The notes: generated from the sequence alone by a model not told the origin. 64,000 nt of DNA from an uncultured bacterium (GCA_963707655.1 OY970172.1:576001-640000), one strand, 5' to 3'; counted from the first letter of the stretch, positions 18,352 to 28,974 are shown. Numbers and translations: made by a program.

Positions 18352-21041
18352 TTAAAATTGAAAAAACGAATCATCGTTGTCAGCATCCATTTTCATTTCC
18401 GGTGCATCTTCATCATTTGATGGTTCTCGTAAAGCATCAAAATCTTCTATGATTCCTTCTTCCAACATCTCATTGTCTAAAACGTCAGGAGAGAACAGAT
18501 ATTCTTGATCGGATTCAAGGCCATCCATTCTGCGCGCCCCTTGTAAAGGCGAGCTACCACTCTGGCCGGCATCAGTCTCATCAGCTGCTGCTTCGCCTTC
18601 AAAGCTGACCGCTGACGATAGTTTTTGATCAGCATCAAGTCTAATCAAACGAACTCCTTTTGCCTGACGTCCCAACGTTCTGATTTCCTGAGATGGCAAG
18701 CGAATAATTTTACCTGACTGATCAATTAACAGAATGTCAGAATCATCGCCTACAATCGCAAGACCAATAACCTTGCCATTGCGCTTGTCTGTAGGAATAG
18801 TGCGCACTCCCAAGCCGCCACGGTGGGCAACACGGAAATCTTGAATACCTACGCGTTTTCCATAACCATTTTCTGTAGCGAAAAGAATATCACCACCATC
18901 GTTGACTATTTCCATACCAACCACATAATCTTCGCCTTCTTTTAAGCGAATACCGATAACCCCGGCTGCCTGACGTCCCATTGAGCGGACTTCATCTTCT
19001 TTAAAGCGGATACCTTGGCCCAATGCAGTGGCAATAATAATAGTATTGGTCACCGGTGCTCAAGCGGCAGAATACCAACTCATCATTATCATGCAAAGTA
19101 ATTGCACGAATACCGGTTGAGCGGATTTTAGCAAAATCCATCGCATCGGTACGTTTGATGATACCTTGCTTGGTGAGCATAACGATAAATTTATTTTCCA
19201 TATCACGGGCACAAAGAAGACGAACAACTTGTTCACCCGGATGCCAATGGCAATAGATTCACAATAGCGCGACCCTTGGCGGTACGTGATGCTTCAGGCA
19301 CTTCAAATACCTGCAAGCTGTACACGCGACCAAGATTGGTGAAGAAGAGTAATTCATCATGATTTTTGGTAACAAAGATATCTTGCATGATATCATCAGA
19401 ACCTTCAAGTGCAGCCATGCCCATCTTGCCCTTGCCACCACGGTGCTGTACACCATAGGCTTCAAGCGGAACACGCTTAATGTAGCCTTTGCGGGTCAAG
19501 TGTTACGACCACTTCTTCATCAGGAATCAAGTCTGCTTCTGTCAAAATATCAATGGCACCTTCAATTTTGCGTGCGGCGCTTGTCATTGTATTCACTTTT
19601 AATGTGATTTAATTCTTTAATAATTTCTTGTTTAAGAATTTCAGGATTATCAATAATCGATCTTAGACGTGCAATTTCTTGCTTAATTTCTTCAATTTCA
19701 GCATAAATTTTTTCTTGTTCAAGACCGGTCAAACGTTGCAAGCGCATTTCTAAAATCGCTTTACCCTGTTCAATGGTTAACAGGAAACGTTTATTTAATT
19801 TAACAATTGCTTCGTCCGCATTGGCCGATTGCTTGAGCAATGCAATAACTTCATCAATATTTTTCAACGCTATAATGAAGCCGGCAAGTAAATGTTCGCG
19901 CGCTTCTGCTTTTTTAAGATCATAAATACTGCGCTTATAGACAATTTCACGACGGTGAAACAAGAATTGATCGAACAGCTCACGCAATGAGAAAATAACG
20001 GGACGGTTATCAAGCAATGCAAGCATCAATAAAGAAACTGATGTTTGCAATTGAGGTATGTTTATACAGTTGGTTAAGCACTACTTGTGGAATTTCACCG
20101 CGCTTAAGTTCAATAACCAAGCGCATGCCTTTTTTATCTGATTCATCTTTAATATTAGAAATACCGTCAATAATTTTGTCTTCGAACCAAATCAGCAATT
20201 TTAATGGTTAATTCTGCCTTGTTCACCATATAAGGCAATTCGGTTACTACCAAGACTGGTGCCTTTTTTTGTCTCTTCAACTTCAACCACGCCACGTAAA
20301 ATTAATTTACCACGGCCCGTTTTGTATGCTTTAACAATGCCGGCACGGCCGCAAATAATACCGCCGGTTGGAAAATCGGGCGCTGGAATAAGAGAAAACA
20401 GTTCATCTTCTTCAAGATGTGGGTTAGCCAAAATTGCCAAACAAGCATCAACTACTTCACCCAAATTATGAGGAGGGATAGAAGTTGCCATACCAACCGC
20501 AATACCGGTTGTGCCATTTATTAAAAGATTAGGCAAGCGGCTTGGCAAAATAACCGGTTCAACAGTAGATTCATCAAAGTTAGGTACAAAGCGCACTGTT
20601 TCTTTATCGATATCAGCAAGAAGCTCTTGCGAAATTTTTGTCCATGCGCACTTCGGTATAACGCATTGCAGCTGCGTTGTCACCATCAACAGAACCCCAG
20701 TTACCTTGCCCATCAAGCAATGGATAGCGTTTTGAGAAATCCTGCACCATACCAACCATAGTATTGTATACTGCTTGGTCACCATGAGGATGGTACTTAC
20801 CAAGCACTTCACCCACTACGCGTACCGATTTGTGGTATGGCTTGTTATAATGAAAGCCCAGCTGATGCATGGCATACAACACACGGCGATGCACCGGCTT
20901 GAGACCGTCGCGCACATCGGGAATGGCACGACTAACCACCACAGACATGGCATAATCAAGAAAAGAAGTTTTTAATTCATCTTCTATCAATACCGGTCTA
21001 ATGAGAGATTTAGCTAATTTTTCTTGATTTTCTGATTCCAT
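18352..21041 (-). CDS. gyrA: DNA gyrase subunit A with 8 apparent single-base insertions
   Basis: [29 protein letters not shown], GyrA-box QHRGGKG, pinwheel repeats and acidic tail, spread over consecutive frames. Confidence 0.93.
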
Positions 21042-21256
21042 ACCCTGGGCCCTTGTCAAAAGAAATGGCTATTAAGTTTTAATAGTGAATATTATGATAC
21101 AACGAGCACAAAAAGAAGACAAGATATGCATGTAGATATGAGCGCATGGCGAAACTATACATTTTTGAAAGAAACGCAAAAGAGTAATAAATAGCTCAAA
21201 AAAAGGCGGTTTTCATGACATCAGTAGAACGAGGTGCCGGGTAAATACAAAAATTT

Positions 21257-22891
21257 TTATAGCACCTTATCATGAATCAATGTCTTTTGTGCAATACGCT
21301 CAAAAAGTGGTGCGGCCACCGTTGATGCATATAAATTAGGCATTGCCGCTTCTTTTATAAAAGTAACAATGACTCGTTGATAATCACCTTTTTCTACAAT
21401 GCCGGCGCACGTGTAGATATTTTTTTTAGGGTCATAGGCCCCGTTAGCCAACAAATTTGCCGTTCCTGTCTTGCTCATAACCCGGTACCCCTTAATGGCC
21501 GCTTTCTTTGCAGTGCCCTGCACAGTAGTCTCTTCTAAAATAGCACGTATTGTTTCAATGGTATCATGGGTATACAAACGCTTACCGCGACCTATCACTT
21601 TATCATCTATAATGCGTGGCTGCACGTCACAACCATCATTGGCGATAATGGAAAATGCACGCGCAAGCTGCAGCAAGTTTGCTGATATTTCATAGCCATA
21701 GGAAAGAGAATAAATTGATTGTTTTGACCAATTGCTTGGCTCATTCACAAAGCCTTTATTTTCTCCGGAAAGAGGCAATCCTATTTTTTGCCCAAAGCCC
21801 AATCGAATATAATGGTGATAGAGTTTATCCCCCAAGCGATTTGCTACCAGCGCAATACCAATATTATTTGAAGCCGCAATTACCTGCGTAAAAGGAATTT
21901 CACCACGGACCGAGCTCTGCACCGTATTAATTTTTCGCCCCTCAATAAAGGCTGTTTCCACATTGCGACAATCAATTAACTCATCCGGCGTTACCACCCC
22001 TTCTGCAAGTGCTGCCAGAGCAGTAAACACCTTAAACACCGAGCCCAGCTCATGAGTGTCTGCAAAGATTTTATTTTTTGTCTGCTCAAGATTAAGCTCA
22101 CTCGTATTATTGGGATCAAAACAGGGCGATTGTGCCATGGCAAGAATATCACCGTTGCAGGGATTCATAACAACAACCATGCCTTCTTTGGCGTTATATT
22201 TTTGCACCACCGCGTTCAACTCTTCCTGAGCAAAAAATTGCAGGTCGCTATCAAGCGTGAGCTTTACCACTTCACTCTGCTGTCCCATTGTTTTGGTTCG
22301 TCGATCAAAATAAAAATGGCCGGAGCGCGCATCTTTTTCTAAATAAGCGATCGTTGGTGTTCCTGCCAACCGCTTATTAAATGACAATTCAACCCCAAAC
22401 AAGCCTTTGTTGTCAATATCGGTAATGCCAATAATTGCTCCTGCACAGGAAAGGGGATAATAGCGGCTCGGCTCATTGAGCAATTTAATATCAGCAATGC
22501 CGCTACCGGCAATCAGTTGCATTTCTTGCGGACTCAATCTTCTTTTCACATATACAAAGCATGAATCATGATGCGCATTGAGCCGCTGCAATGCAGCAGG
22601 AAAATGCTTTTTTAAAAACGATGTTAACGCTGCACGATCTTCAATCTGACGCGGTAAAATAAATGCGGCTACGCTCTCTTTGTTCAATGCCAAAAATTGA
22701 CCGAACCTATCTACAATTGGCGCACGCGGCTGCTCAATTGAACAGGTCGTCTCATATTGCGCCTTGCCCATGCGCAGATATACCTGCTTGTTCACAACTT
22801 GAATAAAAAACAAATTCATCATGATTGCCGCGTATAGGCAACAAAAACAGAAAAAGATTATAGAAATTCGTGCATTATATGCTTTGTTCAT
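21257..22891 (-). CDS. ftsI: Class B penicillin-binding protein (FtsI-like)
   Basis: SVFK (SxxK), SNN (SxN), KTGT, N-terminal TM; downstream of ftsL-like gene. Confidence 0.9.
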   Translation of the reverse strand: MNKAYNARISIIFFCFCCLYAAIMMNLFFIQVVNKQVYLRMGKAQYETTCSIEQPRAPIVDRFGQFLALNKESVAAFILPRQIEDRAALTSFLKKHFPAALQRLNAHHDSCFVYVKRRLSPQEMQLIAGSGIADIKLLNEPSRYYPLSCAGAIIGITDIDNKGLFGVELSFNKRLAGTPTIAYLEKDARSGHFYFDRRTKTMGQQSEVVKLTLDSDLQFFAQEELNAVVQKYNAKEGMVVVMNPCNGDILAMAQSPCFDPNNTSELNLEQTKNKIFADTHELGSVFKVFTALAALAEGVVTPDELIDCRNVETAFIEGRKINTVQSSVRGEIPFTQVIAASNNIGIALVANRLGDKLYHHYIRLGFGQKIGLPLSGENKGFVNEPSNWSKQSIYSLSYGYEISANLLQLARAFSIIANDGCDVQPRIIDDKVIGRGKRLYTHDTIETIRAILEETTVQGTAKKAAIKGYRVMSKTGTANLLANGAYDPKKNIYTCAGIVEKGDYQRVIVTFIKEAAMPNLYASTVAAPLFERIAQKTLIHDKVL

Positions 22892-23171
22892 CGTGCGATG
22901 CGCCTACAACAGAAAGTTTTTTTATTTGACTTAGCCGTACCGGCTCCATGTGAAGTTCTTTAGTAGCAAATTCTTTTATCGCCGTGCGGTCCTTGCACGC
23001 ATAGAGCTCTTGCGTGAGTTGTTGCCGCTTTGCCAACAAATTTGCTTTGTGCAACTCATGCTTTTGTTTGTCATATAACAGTTGCGCATGCTTGCTGTGC
23101 TTGTATACCTGCAACGTCACCAAAAAAAGCTGTGTCCCAATAAATAATGAAATAAATGTTGAACGTTTCAT
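22875..23171 (-). CDS. ftsL: Cell division protein FtsL-like
   Basis: TM plus coiled coil and IKEFATKELHM motif; overlaps ftsI start. Confidence 0.7.
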   Translation of the reverse strand: MKRSTFISLFIGTQLFLVTLQVYKHSKHAQLLYDKQKHELHKANLLAKRQQLTQELYACKDRTAIKEFATKELHMEPVRLSQIKKLSVVGASHDEQSI

Positions 23172-23256
23172 ATTTTTCTCCTGTTAATTTATTCAATAAA
23201 ACTATAGCAATGCCAATTACCATTTGTTAAGGTTTTGTATAAATATAAGGAGTACT

Positions 23257-23916
23257 ATGAAAATTTTTCTTGATACATCAAATTTAGATCAGATAAAAAA
23301 ATTGTTGCCAAGCGGCATTATTGATGGCATCACTACCAACCCAACCAACTTGAGCAAAGAAGGAAAAGAACCCAAACAACAGATTCTTGCAATCTGTGCC
23401 GCATTTCCAACGGGCGACATAAGTGTTGAGGTTACCGAACAAGAACCACAAGCAGTGTATGCACAGGCAAAAGAAATTGCAGCGCTCGCAAACAACATTA
23501 CAGTCAAAATCCCTTGTCACAAACTCTATTATGAAGTTATTAAAAAATTGGTTGATGAAGGGATCGCCATTAATATCACGCTCGTCTTTACCCTTATTCA
23601 GGCACTCATGATGTGCAAATTGGGCGTGCGTTACATCTCTCCTTTTGTTGGCCGCTGGGATGATGTTGATATAAATGGATCAGATATTTTATATGAAATT
23701 CGCGAAATGATTGATGGCTACGGCTACCAAACCCAAATTCTTGCAGCATCACTGCGCAACCCGCGCCATTTGCACGAGGCTATCAATGCCGGCGCAGATG
23801 TAGCAACACTACCACCTGAAATTCTTGAAAAATCTCTTGAGCATATTTTAACCAATCAGGGAATAGAAAAATTTATGGCTGATTGGAAGAAGCTGGGCAT
23901 CAGGCAATTCCCGTAA
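23257..23916 (+). CDS. tal: Transaldolase / fructose-6-phosphate aldolase family
   Basis: MKIFLDT, GITTNPT, VKIP, YISPFVGRWDD, ILAASLR. Confidence 0.92.
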   Translation: MKIFLDTSNLDQIKKLLPSGIIDGITTNPTNLSKEGKEPKQQILAICAAFPTGDISVEVTEQEPQAVYAQAKEIAALANNITVKIPCHKLYYEVIKKLVDEGIAINITLVFTLIQALMMCKLGVRYISPFVGRWDDVDINGSDILYEIREMIDGYGYQTQILAASLRNPRHLHEAINAGADVATLPPEILEKSLEHILTNQGIEKFMADWKKLGIRQFP

Positions 23917-23929
23917 CAAAAGGATACTC

Positions 23930-24395
23930 ATGAATGCAAACAAACTGGCTCTCTTATTAATATGCTTGTTTTCAACCTCAATGATCTCAGCAAATGTTAT
24001 TTTTAAAAAATTGATGAATATGCATTTGCCCGGGTGGCTTCTCTTGTTTTTTTCATTCGCTATTGAGTTTGCCTGCTACTATTATTTTCTTAATAAAAGC
24101 TGGTCGCGCACTTTGGCAGCAACTACTGCTATGAATGCTGTATCCGGCATGGGCGCATTTGGTATTTTTAAACTTTTCCTTCAAGGATCTACTGCTTCTC
24201 AGTAGACTTATTTTCATGTGCGTTTTTATCAGTTTGATAGTAATTAAAATAATAACGGCATTACCATTTTTCGGCACAAAAAATTTGAAAAATTTAGCGG
24301 TGATTGTTGTCGTGGCAAATTCATTGGGCCTATTGGCATTTATCGTCGGACTCATTATTGCCTTCACAACCGGCAATGGCCTGGGGGGCCCATAA
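23930..24395 (+). CDS. Hypothetical membrane protein, apparently split by a frameshift near 24190
   Basis: Two overlapping hydrophobic ORFs (23930..24205 and 24135..24395) with continuous TM character. Confidence 0.45.
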
Positions 24396-24397
24396 TT

Positions 24398-24922
24398 TCA
24401 TAGCCTGAGAATGTTTTTGCCAAATGTGGCGCACCATTTTAGCAGCCAATTCTGTTTTTAGCAGCCAATTCTGTTTTTCTTTATCTTGATCTTCTGCCCA
24501 TTTTTGAAAGACGCGATCATAATATACAGTGCCATATCTTTCATCAGCTTCTTCGGTGTTAAACCAGCGCTATTCCGCTTCCATTAGCTTTCTTATTTTC
24601 AATGCTGCGTAACAAAGCACGCTCTTCTGCCGATAAGGTGGAAACAAATTCCTGTTCTGCCGCCTGCCGCTTTCTTTCCACTTCTGCTATACTTTTCTTT
24701 TACCGACATGCGCTTATTGGCATATTGTTCTTGATACACTGCATCATAGTCAGCGGCGACTGTTTTTTTGAGCTTTTCAACAAGACGGCGTGCAGCGCCG
24801 CGCTCAAGAAAATCCCATTGATCATGAGTAAATTCTGGTTGTTCTTGAGCAAAGAGCAAACAAGGAATTCTCATAAGAAATATACTAATAATAAGAAAAT
24901 AATAATTCATTATAGTCATCAT
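24398..24922 (-). pseudogene. Decayed secreted helical protein
   Basis: Signal peptide, then a helical protein readable across two frameshifts, one TAG and a 19-bp duplication (SIAEVERKRQAAEQEF / KLMEAE*RWFNTEEADERY / WCATFGKNILRL). Confidence 0.55.
24441..24478. repeat. Perfect 19-bp tandem duplication
   Basis: agcagccaattctgttttt twice. Confidence 0.95.
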
Positions 24923-25015
24923 GGTTCTCTCCCCACCAACTACTATTGATAATGTCTTACAGATTAGACTAGGCTATTTGTATAGGTCGTTTCAACTTTT
25001 TTAAGGGGAGTTCTT

Positions 25016-25396
25016 ATGAATAAATATGCAATAGCAGCAGCATTAACCTTTGTTATATCTGCTCAGGCAAAAGTACAAGAGATTAATTCTGAAAAAGAAT
25101 TTTATGCTATCACTGCCCATGGGGTTTCTGTGGTAAAATTCTATACACCTGAATGTCCAAACTGTCAGGGAGCCCGACCTGTATTTGAAAGACTCTCAAA
25201 TAAATTTCCTGCGGAGCATTTCTTAGCGGTAAATACTCATGACTATAAGCGCTTGGCAGATAAATACAGAGTAAGCGGATTGCCAACCTTTGCTTACTTT
25301 AAAGATGGCAAACATATAGAAGTAAAACGCCATGTTGGCAACAGCTCGGGTCTTGCAAGCACTATCGAATCCAACGTTTTATCACTTCAAAAATAA
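25016..25396 (+). CDS. Exported thioredoxin-fold protein
   Basis: Signal peptide ending AQA; VVKFYTPECPNC; VSGLPTFAYFKDG. Confidence 0.88.
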   Translation: MNKYAIAAALTFVISAQAKVQEINSEKEFYAITAHGVSVVKFYTPECPNCQGARPVFERLSNKFPAEHFLAVNTHDYKRLADKYRVSGLPTFAYFKDGKHIEVKRHVGNSSGLASTIESNVLSLQK

Positions 25397-25430
25397 GCTT
25401 TTTGATTCCTAAAAACGTCATAGATACAAT

Positions 25431-25471
25431 AAAAATAGGCAGCGGTCATCAAAAACCCACTGCCTATTTTT
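25431..25471. terminator. Bidirectional terminator
   Basis: aaaaataggcag...ctgcctattttt between convergent genes. Confidence 0.75.
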
Positions 25472-25476
25472 ATTTT

Positions 25477-25758
25477 TTATTCTATAATGCGGAATACCCC
25501 ACGGTAATCCCGATCTTTTAAAAATGGTTCAATTTCGATATCAGTAATTTTCGCTTTGGCAAAATCTTTGTGTAACGTATCAATAAAATCATCAACATCA
25601 TCTTTTTCGCCGCACGCAATAATGCGAACCTGATTATCAGTAATTACAACCTGAGCGCTCCCTTCTATCGCAAATTTTCGTGCATGTTTTTGCACCGATG
25701 AATGGAGAAACCCTTCGGGCATATCAATGCCCATGATAATTTTGAGACACTTTTTCAT
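25477..25758 (-). CDS. Acylphosphatase-fold protein with degenerate catalytic motif
   Basis: 93 aa; A..F.I.G...D..V.I...G....D.F pattern and C-terminal FRII; the GVGFR position reads PEGFL. Confidence 0.65.
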   Translation of the reverse strand: MKKCLKIIMGIDMPEGFLHSSVQKHARKFAIEGSAQVVITDNQVRIIACGEKDDVDDFIDTLHKDFAKAKITDIEIEPFLKDRDYRGVFRIIE

Positions 25759-25932
25759 TACTCACCCTTTTTTTAAGTGAAATCCTTTTTCGGTAAGAAA
25801 ATAACAAAAGAAGAGTTCCACTGTCAAAGATCAGTTGCATTTTAATTTTTTTATTCATTGCGCCAATGAGCGGAAATGAAATAAAGTAATGAAAAGCATA
25901 ATAATATATGTAAATAAGAAAGCGAGAATTTT

Positions 25933-26901
25933 ATGGAAAAAAAAGAACAAAAATTAATCTTAGATCCTATCATACAAAAATTTATAGATACCCTGGAAAG
26001 CAATCCGGGTACCCCTCTTTACAAACTATCACCCAAAGAAGCGCGAGAGGTGCTCAATAATGTGCAAAATATTAAGGTGCCGCTGGAGCCAGTAGATATC
26101 GAAGATAAAACAATTCCCGTTGGTCCCAAAGGCACCGTCAAGATTCGCATTATCCGCCCACAGGGGAACAAGAAAACATTACCTATTGTACTCTATATTC
26201 ATGGCGCCGGTTGGGTGATGGGTAATGCGCAAACACATGATCGCTTGGTGCGTGAAATTGCCCATGGCAGCCAGGCCGCAGTAGTATTTGTGGAATATAT
26301 ATTGGCGCCTGAAGGCCAATATCCCATAGCTCATGAAGAAGGATACGCAGTAGCACAGTGGCTCGCTAAAAATGATAAGACATTAAATCTTGATAGCTCT
26401 CGCATGGCAATCGCAGGCGATAGCGTTGGGGGATTGATGGCAACAGCCATTGCGCTCATGATACAAGAAAAAGGTGGTCCAAAACTTGCGGCGCAAATTC
26501 TTTTTTATCCGGTTACCAATGCTGATTTTGATACTCCCTCATATCACCAGTTTGCGCAAGGGCCATGGCTGACCAGACCCGCAATGCAGTGGTTCTGGGA
26601 TAATTATGTACCTAACAAGGAAATGCGCAAACAACCATTTGTATCACCGTTGCAAGCTTCATTTGAACAATTAAAAGGATTACCGCCTGCCTTCATCACC
26701 ACCAATGAATTTGATGTATTGCGCGATGAAGGTGAAGCGTACGCTCACAAGTTAATGCAAGCAGGCGTGCCGGTTGTGGCAATTCGCTGTCTGGGTATGA
26801 TTCATGATTGCCTTATGCTCAATGCTATTACCCAAGCTCCCGCGGTACGAGCAACAATAGCCCAGGCAAATGCGATACTCAAAAAAGCACTGCACTCATA
26901 G
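25933..26901 (+). CDS. HSL-family alpha/beta hydrolase (esterase/lipase)
   Basis: HGAGW, GDSVGG, DVLRDEG, MIHD. Confidence 0.93.
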   Translation: MEKKEQKLILDPIIQKFIDTLESNPGTPLYKLSPKEAREVLNNVQNIKVPLEPVDIEDKTIPVGPKGTVKIRIIRPQGNKKTLPIVLYIHGAGWVMGNAQTHDRLVREIAHGSQAAVVFVEYILAPEGQYPIAHEEGYAVAQWLAKNDKTLNLDSSRMAIAGDSVGGLMATAIALMIQEKGGPKLAAQILFYPVTNADFDTPSYHQFAQGPWLTRPAMQWFWDNYVPNKEMRKQPFVSPLQASFEQLKGLPPAFITTNEFDVLRDEGEAYAHKLMQAGVPVVAIRCLGMIHDCLMLNAITQAPAVRATIAQANAILKKALHS

Positions 26902-26910
26902 AAGATATGC

Positions 26911-27155
26911 CCTTACGCAGGGCAACCCGCCAAAGGGGATGCTGCCACCCCCTTTGGAAACCAGGCACTTAAAACTACGTTTTTATCAATGATATAAAGA
27001 ATTCCGGTAGTTTCGGCGAGGCCCGTAACAATTTCAGAAATTGTGTGTGGCCGACTTCGAAACGTGGAGAAGAAGATTCTTAAGATGTTAATCTTAAGCG
27101 TGCGAAGTCCAGAAGGGGTCACGATACCCCTTTCTGGCGCAATGCCTGCGCAAGG
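26911..27155. repeat. Multi-hairpin element with imperfect terminal inverted repeats (MITE/REPIN-like or structured ncRNA)
   Basis: Ends ccttacgcagggca / tgcctgcgcaagg, each with an adjacent AGGGG...CCCCT hairpin; two further internal hairpins. Confidence 0.6.
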
Positions 27156-27255
27156 ACCCAAGGGGCTACTATACTTGCCAACACAGAGTTGGTACAATAA
27201 CATCAAGACTAAAAAATATCTTCAGGTAACCTCTACTCTTTTCCGCAGGATCGGT

Positions 27256-28701
27256 ATGACTTCACAACTTCCTATTCGTGTACGCTTTGCACCATCCCCA
27301 ACAGGTATGATGCATCTGGGCAATGTCCGCGCAGTTTTAATGAACTATCTTTTTGCCCGGCAAAAAGAGGGTGTTTTTATCATTAGAATTGAGGATACCG
27401 ACCAGCAGCGCAACATTGATACCGGCGTTGCAGGCATTCTTGATGATATTTTATGGCTCGGATTAGATTATGATGAGGGCCCTATAAAAGGGGGCCATTA
27501 TGAGCCATATTTTCAATCGGAGCGCACTTCAATTTATCAAGAAAAATTAACCGTATTGCAACACCGGGAACTTGCCTATCGTTGTTTTTGCACCCCTGAA
27601 GAATTGGAAAAAAAGAGACAACGACAAATTGCACTCAAGCAACCTCCCCGTTATGATCGCACCTGTCTACACATTTCTGCTGAGCAAATCAAAGAGAATT
27701 TAGCAGCGCACAAGCCTTTCAACTGGCGCTTTAAATTGCCCGATGGCACCATAGCAATTCATGATATGGCCAGAGGGATTATTACTTTTGATATGAAAAA
27801 CTTTTCAGACTTTGCTCTGACTCGTCAAGACGGCAGCTTTACTTTTATGTTTGCCAACTTTGTTGACGATATGGTGATGGTTATTAGCCATGTAATTCGT
27901 GGCGAAGATCATTTAACCAATACCGCAGGGCAAGCGGCATTGTACAAAGCGTTTAATGTCAACCTACCCATGTTTTGGCATTTGCCGATTATTGGCAATG
28001 CGCAAGGACAAAAATTATCGAAACGTGATTTTGGCTTTTCTTTACAAGATTTACGCGCTGCCGGATACTTACCCGAAGCAATCTGTAACTATCTGGCCAT
28101 TATAGGTGGCGGCTCATTTGAGCAAGAAATCATGCCCTTGCATGAACTGGTGCGCGCTATGAATTTTGATAATTTAAGCGCAACCGGTCAAGTGCGCTAT
28201 GATATTGAAAAATTGCGCTGGATGAATCATAAGTGGATTGAAAAGCTCGATCTTGAAGATCTCGCCCGGCGCTGCATGCCATTTTTAAAAGCGCAATTTC
28301 CCGATGCTAATTTGGATGAAGCAGTACTGGCATCTTTGCTCAAATCGTTGCGCACCGATCTGGTAACCCTGCCCGATGTTGTAACCGCGCTGCAATTTTA
28401 TTTCCAAGCGCCGCAACTGAGCGATGCACAATTACAAGAAAGCATTCCTGCTGATATTCTTGCATCTTTGAAAAACATTATGCGCACTGCTGCTGCATTG
28501 ATTGCAACCGAGCCATCAGCCCAATTTGTTGAACACCTCAAGCAAGAAGCGCAAAAAGAAAAGATCTCAAATAAATATCTTTTTTGGTTTATTCGCCTCT
28601 GTCTGACCGGCAAAGCAAATGGTCCGGCCGTGCATGAACTGATTGATATGCTCGGCAAAATTGAATCTATCAAGCGCATTGAAGCGGTAGTAAAACAGTA
28701 A
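27256..28701 (+). CDS. gltX: Glutamyl-tRNA synthetase (copy 2)
   Basis: RFAPSPTG, HLGN, RIEDTD, RGEDH, KLSKR; includes an anticodon-domain-length C-terminus, so not GluQ; AGGA RBS before ATG 27256. Confidence 0.92.
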   Translation: MTSQLPIRVRFAPSPTGMMHLGNVRAVLMNYLFARQKEGVFIIRIEDTDQQRNIDTGVAGILDDILWLGLDYDEGPIKGGHYEPYFQSERTSIYQEKLTVLQHRELAYRCFCTPEELEKKRQRQIALKQPPRYDRTCLHISAEQIKENLAAHKPFNWRFKLPDGTIAIHDMARGIITFDMKNFSDFALTRQDGSFTFMFANFVDDMVMVISHVIRGEDHLTNTAGQAALYKAFNVNLPMFWHLPIIGNAQGQKLSKRDFGFSLQDLRAAGYLPEAICNYLAIIGGGSFEQEIMPLHELVRAMNFDNLSATGQVRYDIEKLRWMNHKWIEKLDLEDLARRCMPFLKAQFPDANLDEAVLASLLKSLRTDLVTLPDVVTALQFYFQAPQLSDAQLQESIPADILASLKNIMRTAAALIATEPSAQFVEHLKQEAQKEKISNKYLFWFIRLCLTGKANGPAVHELIDMLGKIESIKRIEAVVKQ

Positions 28702-28734
28702 TTATGCGCCATTGCGCAAAAAACAAAGACTGAT

Positions 28735-28974
28735 TTATTCAATCATACGGTTGGGTAGTTTTTGTAGATTTTCTACAATACCCTTGTCTTGATAATAGCG
28801 CATGAGCTCAAGAAAATGAGGCTCGTTAATGGCTGGCACAAAAAATTCAAAAATACTCTTTTCAACATCAAGAGTACGATCAAATGCTAAATGTTCGTGG
28901 CTGCGCAATGTTGCTGCCAAAAACCAGCAGTGCGCGGGTACCACATGTGCCTGATAATAAAAACAATAATTCAT
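28735..28974 (-). CDS. Small hypothetical protein
   Basis: 79-aa ORF filling the gap; FDRTLD...FEFFVP. Confidence 0.6.
   Translation of the reverse strand: MNYCFYYQAHVVPAHCWFLAATLRSHEHLAFDRTLDVEKSIFEFFVPAINEPHFLELMRYYQDKGIVENLQKLPNRMIE

Noticed and set aside
18352..21041. gyrA fragments as separate genes, parC or programmed frameshifting
   Set aside because: Fragments are collinear parts of one GyrA with a GyrA-box; eight heterogeneous sites share no slippery motif.
24441..24478. Possible CRISPR repeat
   Set aside because: Two abutting copies with no spacer and no cas genes.
26911..27155. Possible tRNA, tmRNA, RNase P, SRP or T-box
   Set aside because: None of the diagnostic motifs was recognised by eye; an Rfam search is still needed.
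26913..27206. Minus-strand 97-aa ORF
   Set aside because: Overlaps the palindromic element and has no recognisable protein features.
27043..27255. 71-aa N-terminal extension of the second GluRS
   Set aside because: It runs through the hairpin element; the likely start is ATG 27256 with an RBS, just before RFAPSPTG.
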